From an uncultured OCS116 cluster bacterium (GTDB lineage Bacteria > Pseudomonadota > Alphaproteobacteria > Rhizobiales > TMED25): DNA of 64,000 bases. A program made the translations under genes and the position numbers. The stretch is taken from NCBI GenBank assembly GCA_902613795.1, contig CACMIP010000005.1, positions 74,129 through 138,128 of the forward strand, given 5' to 3'. Under the pieces are notes generated by a model. It saw only the letters and a list, made by a program, of their open reading frames with translations, was not told where the DNA came from and did not search any database. Below, piece after piece: positions 8,358 through 19,364 of this stretch. Every line of letters starts with the position of its first letter. Position 1 is the stretch's first letter.

Positions 8358-9293
8358 ATGTCACTTCCAGATTTCTCAATGAGAGAATTATTAGAAGCTG
8401 GCGTTCATTTTGGTCATAAAAAAGAACGCTGGAATCCGAAAATGGAAACCTTTATCTATGGCAAAAGAAATGGTATCCATATAATCGATTTATCACAAAC
8501 TGTACCATTATTACATCAGGCGCTTCTCGCGATCAGAGACGTGGCGGCATCTGGGGGTAGGGTTCTTTTTGTTGGTACAAAAAGGCAAGCATCAGAACAT
8601 ATTGCAGACTCAGCGAAAAAATCTGCGCAATATTATATTAATCACACATGGATGGCGGGTATTTTAACAAATTGGAAAACAGTATCTAATTCAATTAAAA
8701 GATTTAAAGATCTTGAAGAAATGCTTAATAGTGAAAAAATAAATGCTCTAACAAAAAAAGAAGTGTTAAAACTTACCCGAGAACATAATAAACTCGAAAG
8801 AGCGATTGGTGGTATCAAAGATATGGGTGGCTTACCTGATATTCTTTTCGTTATCGATACAAATAAAGAGGCCATTGCTATATTAGAGGCCAATAAGCTA
8901 GGTATTCCTGTTATAGCAATCCTCGATACAAATTCAACACCAGATAATATTGACCATCCAATACCTGGCAACGATGACGCATCTCGAGCCATTGCGCTAT
9001 ACTGCTCGTTGGCAGAGCGCGCAATCTTGGATGGTATGGAAAATTCACAAGCAAAAAGTTCAGTTGATCAAGGTGAAAGCATTGATCCAGTGTCCTCTGA
9101 TGATTTAGAGGTATTAAACCATGAATCAAAAGATAAAGGTGTACCCGAAGAGCCTTCTGTTGACTCTGTTGAGGAATCCATAGAGGTCAGCACATCAAAT
9201 GAGGAAAATAAAGAGTTAATTGTCGAGAAGAAGAAAAGAGTATCAACAAAGAAGAAATCAGATCCAACTGAAAATGATAAGGAGAAGTCTTAA
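8358..9293 (+). CDS. rpsB: 30S ribosomal protein S2 with a long acidic/lysine-rich C-terminal tail
   Basis: The conserved S2 N-terminus [20 protein letters not shown] begins at ATG 8358, with AGGAG 8 nt upstream. The ORF-track start at 8328 adds 10 non-conserved residues. Confidence 0.95.
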   Translation: MSLPDFSMRELLEAGVHFGHKKERWNPKMETFIYGKRNGIHIIDLSQTVPLLHQALLAIRDVAASGGRVLFVGTKRQASEHIADSAKKSAQYYINHTWMAGILTNWKTVSNSIKRFKDLEEMLNSEKINALTKKEVLKLTREHNKLERAIGGIKDMGGLPDILFVIDTNKEAIAILEANKLGIPVIAILDTNSTPDNIDHPIPGNDDASRAIALYCSLAERAILDGMENSQAKSSVDQGESIDPVSSDDLEVLNHESKDKGVPEEPSVDSVEESIEVSTSNEENKELIVEKKKRVSTKKKSDPTENDKEKS

Positions 9294-9325
9294 ATTTCAT
9301 CGACAGCTATAATTAAGGAGTATAA

Positions 9326-10246
9326 ATGGTTGAAATTACAGCAGGGCTAGTTAAGGAGCTCAGAGAAAAAAGTGGCGCAGGTATGATGGATTGCAAAATG
9401 GCACTGACTGAAAACGATGGGAATATAGATCTTTCCATAGATTGGTTAAGGGCTAAAGGAATAACAAAAGCAGCCAAGAAATCAGACAGAATTGCATCCG
9501 AAGGCTTAATTGGATCGCTCATCAAGAATGGGTCAGCCGCCATGATAGAGTTAAACTCTGAAACAGACTTTGTTGCAAGAAACGATGAATTTCAAGACCT
9601 ATTAAGAGGCATACTAGAAGTATCTATTGATAATGATGAGGTCGAGAGTGTTCAGTATCAAGATACCGGAAGAACTGTTGCTGAAGAAATCAATGAAAAG
9701 ATTGCAACAATAGGTGAGAATATTATGTTAAGAAGAGTTACAAAATATGAAAATATTGAAGATGAACACATATTTTCCTACACTCATAATGCGGTTGCCG
9801 AATCCCTTGGTAAGATTGGAGTTTTAGTCGCAATTAAGTCCAAGTCTAGCATAGACAATTTGGCTGATTTTGGAAAAAATATCTGCATGCACATTGCAGC
9901 AACAAATCCTCTAGCCTTAGCATCAAACGAAATAAGCCCTGAATTAATCGAAAAGGAAAAGCAAATCGCTGTTGAACAAGCTCGAGAAAGCGGTAAACCC
10001 GAAAATATAATCGAAAAAATGGTTGAGGGTCGAATAAAAAAATTTACAGAAGAAAATGCTTTATTATCTCAAGTTTTTGTTATAGACGGTGAAACAAAAA
10101 TTGAAAAACTGCTTGAAAATAAATCTAGTGAGTTAAATGAGGATGTTGTAATTACACGTTTTACTAGAATGCAACTGGGCGATGGTATTGAAAAGAAAGA
10201 AGATGACTTTGCGGGTGAAGTTGCAGCTGCAATAAGCAAAAATTAA
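9326..10246 (+). CDS. tsf: Elongation factor Ts
   Basis: 306 aa with the N-terminal motif ITAGLVKELREKSGAGMMDCK. AAGGAG SD upstream. The rpsB-tsf pairing is conserved. Confidence 0.95.
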   Translation: MVEITAGLVKELREKSGAGMMDCKMALTENDGNIDLSIDWLRAKGITKAAKKSDRIASEGLIGSLIKNGSAAMIELNSETDFVARNDEFQDLLRGILEVSIDNDEVESVQYQDTGRTVAEEINEKIATIGENIMLRRVTKYENIEDEHIFSYTHNAVAESLGKIGVLVAIKSKSSIDNLADFGKNICMHIAATNPLALASNEISPELIEKEKQIAVEQARESGKPENIIEKMVEGRIKKFTEENALLSQVFVIDGETKIEKLLENKSSELNEDVVITRFTRMQLGDGIEKKEDDFAGEVAAAISKN

Positions 10247-10276
10247 TTAAAACTCCTGCACGGTAGGTGGTTTGTA

Positions 10277-10990
10277 ATGACAAAAAAATATAATAATGTC
10301 TTGCTTAAGATTTCAGGTGAGATTCTTGCGGGGGACTCGAAAAACACCTTTGATAATTCCACATCAAAACAAATTGTTGATGATATAGCCAGCGTCAAAA
10401 AATCTGGGATAAACCTTGCTGTGGTCGTTGGTGGTGGAAATATAATTAGAGGTGTCAATCATAGAGTCTTTAGCCTCACTAAGACTAACGCAGATCACAT
10501 GGGTATGCTTAGCACGATAATAAATGGAATTTTTTTAAAAAATTTATTATTAAATAATGAAATTAAATCAGTTATTTATTCATCTTTTATGATACCTGGT
10601 ATTACAAAAAATTTTGATCATGAAGAGGCAAAAGAAGCCATGAACCATGGAAATGTAGTAATTCTTGTTGGAGGAACTGGTAATCCATATTTTACCACCG
10701 ATACAACTGCTGTTCTGCGAGCTCTTGAGCTTGAATGTGATGTTCTTCTAAAAGGTACTAAAGTGGATGGAGTGTACGATAAAGATCCAGAAAAGTATTC
10801 AAAAGCTAAGAAATTTACTAAATTAGATTATAATTATGTTATAAATAACAACCTAAAGATTATGGATATGACATCAATTACCATGGCAGGGGAAGCAAAT
10901 TTACCAATAATTGTATTTTCAATAAAAAAGAGTAATGAGCTAAAAAAAGTCATAGAAAAAAAGGCCAAATTTACAATTATTTCTAACTGA
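10277..10990 (+). CDS. pyrH: UMP kinase
   Basis: 237 aa with the motifs LLKISGE, VVVGGGNIIRG and GNPYFTTDT. Confidence 0.95.
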   Translation: MTKKYNNVLLKISGEILAGDSKNTFDNSTSKQIVDDIASVKKSGINLAVVVGGGNIIRGVNHRVFSLTKTNADHMGMLSTIINGIFLKNLLLNNEIKSVIYSSFMIPGITKNFDHEEAKEAMNHGNVVILVGGTGNPYFTTDTTAVLRALELECDVLLKGTKVDGVYDKDPEKYSKAKKFTKLDYNYVINNNLKIMDMTSITMAGEANLPIIVFSIKKSNELKKVIEKKAKFTIISN

Positions 10991-10999
10991 GGTATCAAA

Positions 11000-11560
11000 A
11001 TGGCAGATGAATTTAATACACAAGATTTTTCGCGGCGAATGGATGGTGCCATAAACTCTCTCAAAGGAGAGTTTTCGGGTTTACGAACTGGTCGTGCATC
11101 AGCTAGTCTGTTAGATCCTGTTGTTATAGAAGTGTATGGATCAAAGATGCCTTTAAATCAACTTGCAACGATAAGTACACCTGATCCGCGCACTATTTCA
11201 GTACAAGTTTGGGATAAATCGCAAGTAGAGATTATTGACAAAGCAATACGTGAGTCTGGATTGGGTTTAAATCCGAATATGGACGGGCAGCTAATTAGAA
11301 TTCCTATTCCGGAACTGAACTCGGAAAGAAGAGAAGAGCTCTGTAAGGTTGCAAGTAAATACGCGGAAAATGCACGTATTGCTGTTAGGAACGTTCGAAG
11401 AGACGGTATGGACACACTAAAGAAACTAGAAAAAAGTAGTGATATCAGTCAGGATGATCAAAAAAATTATGCTAATGATATTCAGAATATCACAGACTCC
11501 TCGATAAAGGAAATTGATGAGGTTCTTCAAAAAAAGACTGCTGAAATTATGAACGTTTAA
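11000..11560 (+). CDS. frr: Ribosome recycling factor
   Basis: 186 aa with a typical RRF sequence ([22 protein letters not shown]). Confidence 0.95.
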   Translation: MADEFNTQDFSRRMDGAINSLKGEFSGLRTGRASASLLDPVVIEVYGSKMPLNQLATISTPDPRTISVQVWDKSQVEIIDKAIRESGLGLNPNMDGQLIRIPIPELNSERREELCKVASKYAENARIAVRNVRRDGMDTLKKLEKSSDISQDDQKNYANDIQNITDSSIKEIDEVLQKKTAEIMNV

Positions 11561-11584
11561 CATCCTTCATTGAAATAAGTTATC

Positions 11585-12313
11585 ATGAGTGAAATCACAA
11601 ACTTGCCAGATCATGTTGCCATAATTTTAGATGGTAATAGACGATGGGCAAGGGGCAAAGAGTTGCAAGACGAAGACGGTCATCGTAAAGGTATAGAAAC
11701 ACTTGTTTTGATTGCCAAGGCTGCAGCTAATTTTAAGATCAAATATTTAACACTATTTAGTTTTAGTAAGGAAAACTGGAATAGGGATCCATCAGAGATT
11801 TCGAACTTAATGGATCTTATGGAAAGCTTTGAAAGTGAATATCTAGATGAGATAATACTAAATAATATTAGAGTAACTGTAATAGGTGATATAGATACTC
11901 TTGCGAAACCACAAAAGAAGATAATCCAAATGGTGCAGGACAGAACATACAGCAATAATGGTATGCAGTTGATTGCGGCATTTAATTATAGCGGCAGGGA
12001 CGAGATTATCCGAGCAGTTAAGAAAATAGTCAATGATGTCCAACTAGCAAAAATAACAAACGATATGATCAACAATGATTTAATGGGGAATTATCTTGAT
12101 ACAGCAAATATACCTGATCCGGATCTCATAATCAGAACAAGTGGTGAGATGAGGTTGAGTAATTTTTTATTATGGCAATGCGCATACTCTGAATTTATAT
12201 TCACAGATACCTTTTGGCCTGATTTTACTGTTGATCATTTCCACAATGCACTGGAACAGTATTCACAACGAGAGAGAAGATATGGGAGAAATACACCGAA
12301 TAAGAAGGTGTGA
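11585..12313 (+). CDS. uppS: Undecaprenyl-diphosphate synthase (cis-prenyltransferase)
   Basis: 242 aa with the motifs HVAIILDGNRRWA and [16 protein letters not shown]. Confidence 0.93.
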   Translation: MSEITNLPDHVAIILDGNRRWARGKELQDEDGHRKGIETLVLIAKAAANFKIKYLTLFSFSKENWNRDPSEISNLMDLMESFESEYLDEIILNNIRVTVIGDIDTLAKPQKKIIQMVQDRTYSNNGMQLIAAFNYSGRDEIIRAVKKIVNDVQLAKITNDMINNDLMGNYLDTANIPDPDLIIRTSGEMRLSNFLLWQCAYSEFIFTDTFWPDFTVDHFHNALEQYSQRERRYGRNTPNKKV

Positions 12314-12321
12314 ATTGAGCT

Positions 12322-13149
12322 ATGGATATTGATAATTTAAGATTGCGATTTAAAACGGCGCTGGTAATTTTACCAATTTTTTTCTTACCTATATATCTGG
12401 GAGGAATTTATTTTAAAATTGCCCTTATCTGCATCTCAACGTTATTTTTTTACGAGCTAATAACAATAATTAATCACGCAGAAAGAAAAGTTGCCACAAT
12501 ACTATATTTATGTTTTCTGTGCGCTTCTTTATTCATTCTAAAAATAGCTCCAGATGTGGCCCTCAGTATTTGTCTAGTAGCTCTAGTCGTTGGATCTATT
12601 TTAATAAAATTAGTTTATAAGGTTAACTTTTGGTTACAAGCAATAATCGGTTACTCTTATCTAAGTTTTTTAGTATTCTATCAAATAAGATTACAAGGCA
12701 ATCCGGCAGACGGTCTAATTTCAATTTTTCTTGTGATAATGATTGCTGTTATTTCAGATAGCTTTGGCTACTTTGGTGGACAGCTGTTTGGCAGTAAGAA
12801 GATTTTTCCAAATATATCACCAAACAAGACACTCGAAGGAACACTTTTTGCGTTCTTTATGCCGGCTATTTTTATATTTTTTATAGCACTGATTATCGAA
12901 GTAGATGTTAATGATAGTATTATTTACATCTTCATTTCGGTTATGGCGCTAGGAGCTATTTTAGGCGATCTAATCGGATCTTTTTTCAAAAGAAATTTTA
13001 ATGTAAAAAATTCTAGTAATTTGCTACCTGGTCATGGAGGGCTCTTAGATCGAATGGATAGCGTAGTTGGCGTTGGGATATTTTTTATAATTTTAGATCA
13101 GTTAACTCGTAACAATAGCTACGAGAATATTTTATATTTTTGGAGGTAA
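12322..13149 (+). CDS. cdsA: Phosphatidate cytidylyltransferase
   Basis: 275 aa, multi-TM, with the C-terminal signature SFFKRNFNVKNSSNLLPGHGGLLDRMDS. Confidence 0.87.
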   Translation: MDIDNLRLRFKTALVILPIFFLPIYLGGIYFKIALICISTLFFYELITIINHAERKVATILYLCFLCASLFILKIAPDVALSICLVALVVGSILIKLVYKVNFWLQAIIGYSYLSFLVFYQIRLQGNPADGLISIFLVIMIAVISDSFGYFGGQLFGSKKIFPNISPNKTLEGTLFAFFMPAIFIFFIALIIEVDVNDSIIYIFISVMALGAILGDLIGSFFKRNFNVKNSSNLLPGHGGLLDRMDSVVGVGIFFIILDQLTRNNSYENILYFWR

Positions 13150-13150
13150 A

Positions 13151-14314
13151 TTGAAGAAAGACTTGATAATCTTAGGCTCCACCGGATCAATTGGCGTAAA
13201 TGCTTTATCGATCCCTACGATAGAAAAAAAATTCTCAATGTTAGCATTCGTTGCGGGTAAAGATGTTAATACACTGTCACGCCAATGTTTAAAATTTAAA
13301 CCAAAGTACGCGGTAATTTCGGATAAACAAATGTACGTAGAACTGAAGAAAAATTTATTTGGAAGTAAAATTGAAGTAAAAGCTGGGTATGATGAGATAA
13401 ATGAAATAGCATCTAAATCTTCGGATGTTGTCCTATCGGCGATATCTGGAAGTGCTGGAATTGAGCCTACCTATCAAGCCATTAATAGAACTGAAAAACT
13501 AGCAATCGCGAATAAGGAGTCAATTGTTGTTGCGGGTAGTTTATTGTTTGATAAAAGAATAAATAAATCAACCAATATCATACCTGTTGACTCCGAACAC
13601 AATGCAATTCATAAGCTTCTAAATTACGTAAATTATAAAAACCTGAAGACGATCACGCTAACTGCATCAGGGGGTCCATTTCTCAATGTAAGTATTAAAG
13701 ATTTAGCAAATGCAACACTGGAGGAGGCATTAAAACATCCAACATGGGTTATGGGTAAAAAAATCACAATCGACTCTGCAACGCTCATCAATAAGGGTTT
13801 AGAATTAATTGAGGCTACATACTTATTCAATATAAGTCACAAAAACATAAAAATATTGGTTCATCCTCAGTCTCTTATTCATGCCATGGTATCAATGCAT
13901 GATGGAACAACCGTGTCTTTGATGTCTAAAGCAGATATGAGAATACCCATCAGCGATGCAATATTTGATAGTGATGATGCGCCAATATTTAGCAATCTGG
14001 AAACCTCTGATATTAAAAATTTAACATTTGACGATCTCGATAACGAAAAATTCCCAGCAATTAATATGGCGAGAGAAGCTATTGATAACGGAGTGAGTTC
14101 TATCATTGCCTACAATGCGGCGAGTGAAGTTGCAGTTGAAAACTTTATATCTAAAAAAATTTCATTCTTAGATATATATAATGTTATCAAAAAATCACTT
14201 GATCATAATAAAAAAATTGAGCAAAAGGTTTTAAAAAATAATATTGAGCATATATTATCATTAAACCAAAAAGCAAAGGATCATACATCAGCTATAATAG
14301 ATGAGGTATTGTAA
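13151..14314 (+). CDS. dxr: 1-deoxy-D-xylulose-5-phosphate reductoisomerase
   Basis: 387 aa with the ILGSTGSIG NADPH-binding N-terminus, PVDSEH and NKGLELIEA motifs. The TTG start is supported by GGAGG 3 nt upstream (13143-13147; spacer 13148-13150). Confidence 0.93.
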   Translation: MKKDLIILGSTGSIGVNALSIPTIEKKFSMLAFVAGKDVNTLSRQCLKFKPKYAVISDKQMYVELKKNLFGSKIEVKAGYDEINEIASKSSDVVLSAISGSAGIEPTYQAINRTEKLAIANKESIVVAGSLLFDKRINKSTNIIPVDSEHNAIHKLLNYVNYKNLKTITLTASGGPFLNVSIKDLANATLEEALKHPTWVMGKKITIDSATLINKGLELIEATYLFNISHKNIKILVHPQSLIHAMVSMHDGTTVSLMSKADMRIPISDAIFDSDDAPIFSNLETSDIKNLTFDDLDNEKFPAINMAREAIDNGVSSIIAYNAASEVAVENFISKKISFLDIYNVIKKSLDHNKKIEQKVLKNNIEHILSLNQKAKDHTSAIIDEVL

Positions 14315-14319
14315 TCAAA

Positions 14320-15441
14320 ATGTTAGACTTAGTAAATTTTTCAAGCTTATCTTATAATTTTCTTATATATACGATACCGTTTCTATTTGTTTTGACGGCA
14401 GTTGTTTTTTTTCATGAGCTAGGACATTTTATAATTGCGCGCCTTAATCGAGTTGATGTTGAAACCTTTTCAGTAGGTTTTGGCAGAGAAATTTTCAGCA
14501 CTTATGATAGAAGGGGTACTAAATGGAAAATATGTTGGATTCCCCTTGGTGGTTACGTAAAGTTTGTAGATGATGCAGACCCTACAAGCAAAGCAGATGC
14601 GGATAAATTATCTAAAAATGGTTTTCATTCAAAATCAATCATTCAGCGTTCATCTATTGTTTCAGCGGGACCAATCGCAAATTTTATTTTAGCTCTAGTA
14701 ATATTTACTTTTCTATACTCAGTTAATGGGAAAACAACAATACTGCCCGTAATTGAAAGTATTGAGGAGGCTAGTCCGGCAATGAATGGAGGGCTTAAGG
14801 TTGATGATGTTATTATTTCCATTGATGAAGTGCCGATCAATAAGTTTGGTGACATACCACGTGTAATTCAAGAAAAAAAGACCAATGAGCTACAATTTGA
14901 GATTCTCAGAAATGGGAGCTATATCAATATAGATCTCACGCCCGAGATAAGATATTTGAACCCGGAAAAGAAATCAGGAGAAATTTTTTATATTGGTATT
15001 GGAGGCGGTACACTCGAAAAAAATATAATAAAAGAGAAGATGTCCACAATTCAGGCAATAGGATATGGCATTAGCGATACATATCAAATAATTCATTTAT
15101 CTCTCAGCTACATCTATAAAATGGTGATCGGTGCAGAGTCTACTGAAAATTTAGGCGGACCTATTCGTATTGCTCAAATTTCAGGTGATGTCGCAAAAAA
15201 TGGTATCATGCCATTATTGCAACTAACCGCGTTATTATCTGTTAGCATTGGGCTAATTAATCTATTCCCAATCCCAATGCTGGATGGAGGGCATCTTATG
15301 TTCTATTTAATAGAAGCCATAAGGGGAAAACCCCTTAGCGAAAGGACATTTGAGTTATTTCATAAGATTGGATTAGGCTTTATAATTTTTCTTATGTTTT
15401 TTGCTTTATGGAATGATTTAAATTTTTTAAATATATTTTAA
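14320..15441 (+). CDS. rseP: Site-2 zinc metalloprotease RseP
   Basis: 373 aa with HELGH in the first TM segment, a central PDZ-like region, and the C-terminal NLFPIPMLDGGH motif. Confidence 0.9.
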   Translation: MLDLVNFSSLSYNFLIYTIPFLFVLTAVVFFHELGHFIIARLNRVDVETFSVGFGREIFSTYDRRGTKWKICWIPLGGYVKFVDDADPTSKADADKLSKNGFHSKSIIQRSSIVSAGPIANFILALVIFTFLYSVNGKTTILPVIESIEEASPAMNGGLKVDDVIISIDEVPINKFGDIPRVIQEKKTNELQFEILRNGSYINIDLTPEIRYLNPEKKSGEIFYIGIGGGTLEKNIIKEKMSTIQAIGYGISDTYQIIHLSLSYIYKMVIGAESTENLGGPIRIAQISGDVAKNGIMPLLQLTALLSVSIGLINLFPIPMLDGGHLMFYLIEAIRGKPLSERTFELFHKIGLGFIIFLMFFALWNDLNFLNIF

Positions 15442-15482
15442 TAAAATTATATATAATAATGTAAATTTAACAAAAAAAAATT

Positions 15483-17774
15483 ATGAGAACTTTTTTATAT
15501 AATTCTGTTTTTATTACTTTTTTCGCATTTTTTCTTTGCGCGACAGATCTACATGCTGACGATCACCTAATCAGCAGAATTGATGTTACTGGTAATAATA
15601 GGATTGATAGTGATACCATACTTAATTATGCAAAATTGAGTGTTGGAAGCGCTTATAACCAATCCGAGGTGGATGAAGCTCTAAGAGACCTGTATGAAAC
15701 AGAGTTATTTTCTGATGTGCAGATAAATTACGACGACTCAAGATTAGTGATCACAGTCCGGGAAAATTTTCTTATTAACCAGGTTGCCTTTGAGGGTAAT
15801 AAAGCAATAAATGATGACTCTCTAAGGAATCTTGTGTCACTTAAGAAACGCTCGACATTTTCAAAGAATAAATTAGAGGAAGATATTTCAACTATAATAA
15901 ACTCATATAGATCCGCTGGCAGGTATAGCGTTGTTGTAGAACCAAAAATAATCAAATTAGATTTTAATAGGATCGATCTCGTCTACGAGATTAACGAAGG
16001 GGTAATTACAAAGATCACAGACATTAACTTTATCGGAAACAAGAACTATTCTGACAGGGTTTTAAGAAGTGTAATTTCAACCTCAAGAAGTAATTGGATT
16101 GACAAAATATGGGGAACTGGAAGGTCATATGATAACGCAATAATGGAGTATGATAAAGAGCTCTTAGCACAATTTTATCGAGATAATGGATATATAAACT
16201 TCAATGTTGTAAATGCTATTGGGGAGTTGAATAACAGCTCTGGAAACTTTGTAATCACATTTACTGTAGATGAAGGCGATAGATATCACTTTGGTGATAT
16301 ATCTATATTAAATCAATTAGATGATACATATACACCATTAGTTGCAGCTTTAATTACTACAGAAATAGATAATTATTATGATGAGTCCGAGATTAACGAA
16401 AATAAGACAAATCTCGTTGATTTTATGAAAGCAAATGGCAATCCTTTCACAACAGTTAGTGTAATAGAGGAAATTAATGAAAATACAAAAAAAGTAAACT
16501 TGAAGTACATGTTAGAGAACGGGCCGCCTATATACGTAGAGCGTATAGAAATATCTGGCAACCAAAGAACTTATGATTACGTAATTCGAAGAGAGCTCAA
16601 GCTTTCTGAAGGAGATGCGCTAAATCAAACCTATCTTAATCAATCAATGAGAAATCTTAGACTTCTCAATTTTTTCTCTGATGTAAAGCTGCGTACCATT
16701 GCTGGCTCATCATCTGACAAAAAAGTCATACAAATAGCTGTTACCGAGAAACCGACCGGATCCCTCGTATTTGGGGCAGGTTACTCAAGTACTGCTGGTT
16801 TAATGGGAAATATCCAAATAAACGAAGATAATTTGCTTGGAAGAGGACAGAGAGTTTCAACACAGCTAAGTCTTGGAGGCAATAAAAATCTTATTAATAT
16901 CCAATTTACCGAACCGTCCTTTTTAAGCTCTGATGTGTCGGCAAGTATTGATATATTTGGTAATGAAACTGATTTATCTGATGACTCGGGATACAAAAAG
17001 AAAGAAATTGGTGCAGGACTCAGATTTGGATTTCCATTATCTGAAGATCTGCGTTTAGTGACTAAGTATAAATACACCAGCAATGAAGTTTATGATGTTC
17101 CGGCGGGTTCAAGCGCCGCGCTAACTCAGCTTGAAGGCACGAGGAATATTTCAGAATTTGGTTATTCTTTGAGATATAACACACTAGATAATATGGTTTT
17201 ACCCAGTAATGGTACACTTATAGACTTCAGTCAAGATTTAGCTGGTCTGGGGGGCGATGTAAAATATTTGAGAACAGAAGTTTCAGGAAACTACTATAAA
17301 GATTTTACAAATAGTCTCATTGGTTCTGTATCTTTTAATATGGGGCATATTTTTGGATTTGATGATCAAGATGTATTAATTTCAGACGCCTTTCGTGACC
17401 CTGGGACTACATTGAGGGGGTTTGCTCCTAGTGGTATAAGCCCGAGGCTTACTGTAAATGAGAGTGCTGATGAGGAGGCTATCGGTGGGAATGCTTACGT
17501 GTCAACCTCTGCTGAATTAACCTTCCCATTTGGTACGTTAACAGACGAGTATGGTGTACGAGGTGGTGTTCACATAAATGCTGGTTCATTGTTCAACTCT
17601 GATTTAGACCCTTCCAAAATTAATGACTCTGACTCTTTACGGACTTCAGTCGGCGCTTCTGTCTTCTGGGACTCACCAATAGGACCATTAAGATTTGACT
17701 TTACAGAAGCTATTGATAAGGAAACATTCGATAAAACTGAGTTTTTCCAATTTTCTGGTGGCACAAACTTCTAA
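15483..17774 (+). CDS. bamA: Outer membrane protein assembly factor BamA
   Basis: 763 aa with a signal peptide, a POTRA-repeat N-terminal half, and a C-terminal beta-barrel ending in an aromatic residue (FSGGTNF). The rseP-bamA-lpxD synteny is conserved. Confidence 0.93.
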   Translation: MRTFLYNSVFITFFAFFLCATDLHADDHLISRIDVTGNNRIDSDTILNYAKLSVGSAYNQSEVDEALRDLYETELFSDVQINYDDSRLVITVRENFLINQVAFEGNKAINDDSLRNLVSLKKRSTFSKNKLEEDISTIINSYRSAGRYSVVVEPKIIKLDFNRIDLVYEINEGVITKITDINFIGNKNYSDRVLRSVISTSRSNWIDKIWGTGRSYDNAIMEYDKELLAQFYRDNGYINFNVVNAIGELNNSSGNFVITFTVDEGDRYHFGDISILNQLDDTYTPLVAALITTEIDNYYDESEINENKTNLVDFMKANGNPFTTVSVIEEINENTKKVNLKYMLENGPPIYVERIEISGNQRTYDYVIRRELKLSEGDALNQTYLNQSMRNLRLLNFFSDVKLRTIAGSSSDKKVIQIAVTEKPTGSLVFGAGYSSTAGLMGNIQINEDNLLGRGQRVSTQLSLGGNKNLINIQFTEPSFLSSDVSASIDIFGNETDLSDDSGYKKKEIGAGLRFGFPLSEDLRLVTKYKYTSNEVYDVPAGSSAALTQLEGTRNISEFGYSLRYNTLDNMVLPSNGTLIDFSQDLAGLGGDVKYLRTEVSGNYYKDFTNSLIGSVSFNMGHIFGFDDQDVLISDAFRDPGTTLRGFAPSGISPRLTVNESADEEAIGGNAYVSTSAELTFPFGTLTDEYGVRGGVHINAGSLFNSDLDPSKINDSDSLRTSVGASVFWDSPIGPLRFDFTEAIDKETFDKTEFFQFSGGTNF

Positions 17775-17820
17775 ATTGTATAAACTTCCAGAAGATATTT
17801 ATTAATCTATTGGTGTTTAT

Positions 17821-18843
17821 ATGAAAAATACAATTTTTTCAAAAAATAATGGTCCTTTTAGGATAAGTGAAATTCTAAAAAAAGTATCACCCAATCAAAA
17901 AGTGCCTGGAGATATAGAAGATAAGCTAATTGAAGGTGTTTCAACAATTCAGGGCGCCTCCTCAAAAGAGATTACATATTTAAGTAATAAAAATTATCTT
18001 AATGGTGTTACAAACATCAGAGCTGCAGCATGTTTGGTAACAATAGATTTGATAGATGTTCTGCCCAAAGGAGTTATGCCAATTGTGGTAGAGAATCCTG
18101 AGTATATAATTATAGATATCATTGGGTTATTTTATGAAGATTTAGATGATGAAGTTAATAGTCCAAACAATGACTTCTCGTATGTTGCGAATAATGTAGT
18201 TTGTGGAGAAAATACTCAAATTAGACCTGGGGCTGTCGTGAAAAGTGGTGTTGTAATAGGAGATAATTCTATAGTTGACTCAAATACAACTATTGGAAGT
18301 AATGTTATGATTGGTCATAATGCCCGCATTGGTTCAAATTGTACGCTGAAAAATTGTATATTAGGTAACAATGTAATCATACATCCTGGTGTTCGAATTG
18401 GTCAGGATGGATTTGGCTATTGTTTGGGTAAAGAAGGTTTAAAGAAATTTCCGCATATTGGCCGAGTTATTATTCAAGACAATGTAGAAATTGGATCTAA
18501 TACAACAATTGATAGGGGATCACTTAATGATACCACTATTGGTGAAGGAACTAAGGTTGATAACCTTGTGCAGATCGCTCATAATGTTACAATTGGACAA
18601 AACTGTGTGATTGCGGGTATGGTTGGTATATCAGGCAGTGTTAGAATTGGAAATAATGTGATGATTGGTGGCCAGTCTGGTATTAAGCAACACAGAAAAA
18701 TTGGTGATAATGTTCAAATAGGTGCAGGCTCAGGTATTATGCATAGTATCCCGTCAAATCAAAGAGTAGCTGGAAACCCTGCAAAGAAGCTTGAAAAATA
18801 TTTAAGTGAAATAAAAACAATCTCAAGAATAGCAAGAAAATAA
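17821..18843 (+). CDS. lpxD: UDP-3-O-acylglucosamine N-acyltransferase
   Basis: 340 aa with extended hexapeptide (left-handed beta-helix) repeats. It sits between bamA and fabZ. Confidence 0.92.
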   Translation: MKNTIFSKNNGPFRISEILKKVSPNQKVPGDIEDKLIEGVSTIQGASSKEITYLSNKNYLNGVTNIRAAACLVTIDLIDVLPKGVMPIVVENPEYIIIDIIGLFYEDLDDEVNSPNNDFSYVANNVVCGENTQIRPGAVVKSGVVIGDNSIVDSNTTIGSNVMIGHNARIGSNCTLKNCILGNNVIIHPGVRIGQDGFGYCLGKEGLKKFPHIGRVIIQDNVEIGSNTTIDRGSLNDTTIGEGTKVDNLVQIAHNVTIGQNCVIAGMVGISGSVRIGNNVMIGGQSGIKQHRKIGDNVQIGAGSGIMHSIPSNQRVAGNPAKKLEKYLSEIKTISRIARK

Positions 18844-18898
18844 ATATAAATTAGGTCATTGGTGTGCTATAAGATGTGTAGGCCAACTGGATATAAAA

Positions 18899-19363
18899 AT
18901 GAAGACTTATATGATGAATGATAATCCTCAAACAGCTGATATAAATCTGATTAAGAAATTAATTCCACACACATATCCGTTTTTATTAGTAGATAAGATA
19001 ATTGAAACAAACGGTGACGAATACGGTATCGGAGTGAAAAATGTAACAATAAATGAGCCATTTTTTCAAGGGCATTTTCCTGATAATCCGATAATGCCTG
19101 GAGTATTACAAATTGAGGGCATGGCACAAACTGCAGCTGTAATGTGTATGCTAAAATATAATACAAAAATCCCAAATATTTTCTTTATGACTATAGATAG
19201 AGCTCGCTTCAGAAAGCCAGTCATTCCTGGCGACATACTCTATTATCATCTAAAAATCATAAGAAAAAGGGCAAACGTATGGAAATATAAGGGTGAGGCA
19301 TATGTCCTTGGAAGCCTTGTGGCAGAAGCCGAAATCAGCGCAATGATCGAGGCAGGTAAATAG
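18899..19363 (+). CDS. fabZ: 3-hydroxyacyl-ACP dehydratase FabZ
   Basis: 154 aa with the hot-dog fold motifs IPHTYPFLLVDKI and PFFQGHFPDNPIMPGVL. Confidence 0.93.
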   Translation: MKTYMMNDNPQTADINLIKKLIPHTYPFLLVDKIIETNGDEYGIGVKNVTINEPFFQGHFPDNPIMPGVLQIEGMAQTAAVMCMLKYNTKIPNIFFMTIDRARFRKPVIPGDILYYHLKIIRKRANVWKYKGEAYVLGSLVAEAEISAMIEAGK

Positions 19364-19364
19364 T

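Noticed and set aside
8642-8992. Antisense or alternative-frame ORFs inside conserved genes (for example 8642-8992, 33218-33559, 46088-46366, 49236-49568, 50874-51176, 3756-4079)
   Set aside because: All are nested in genes with strong family signatures on the other strand or frame. None has an SD or a recognisable motif. These are typical shadow ORFs.
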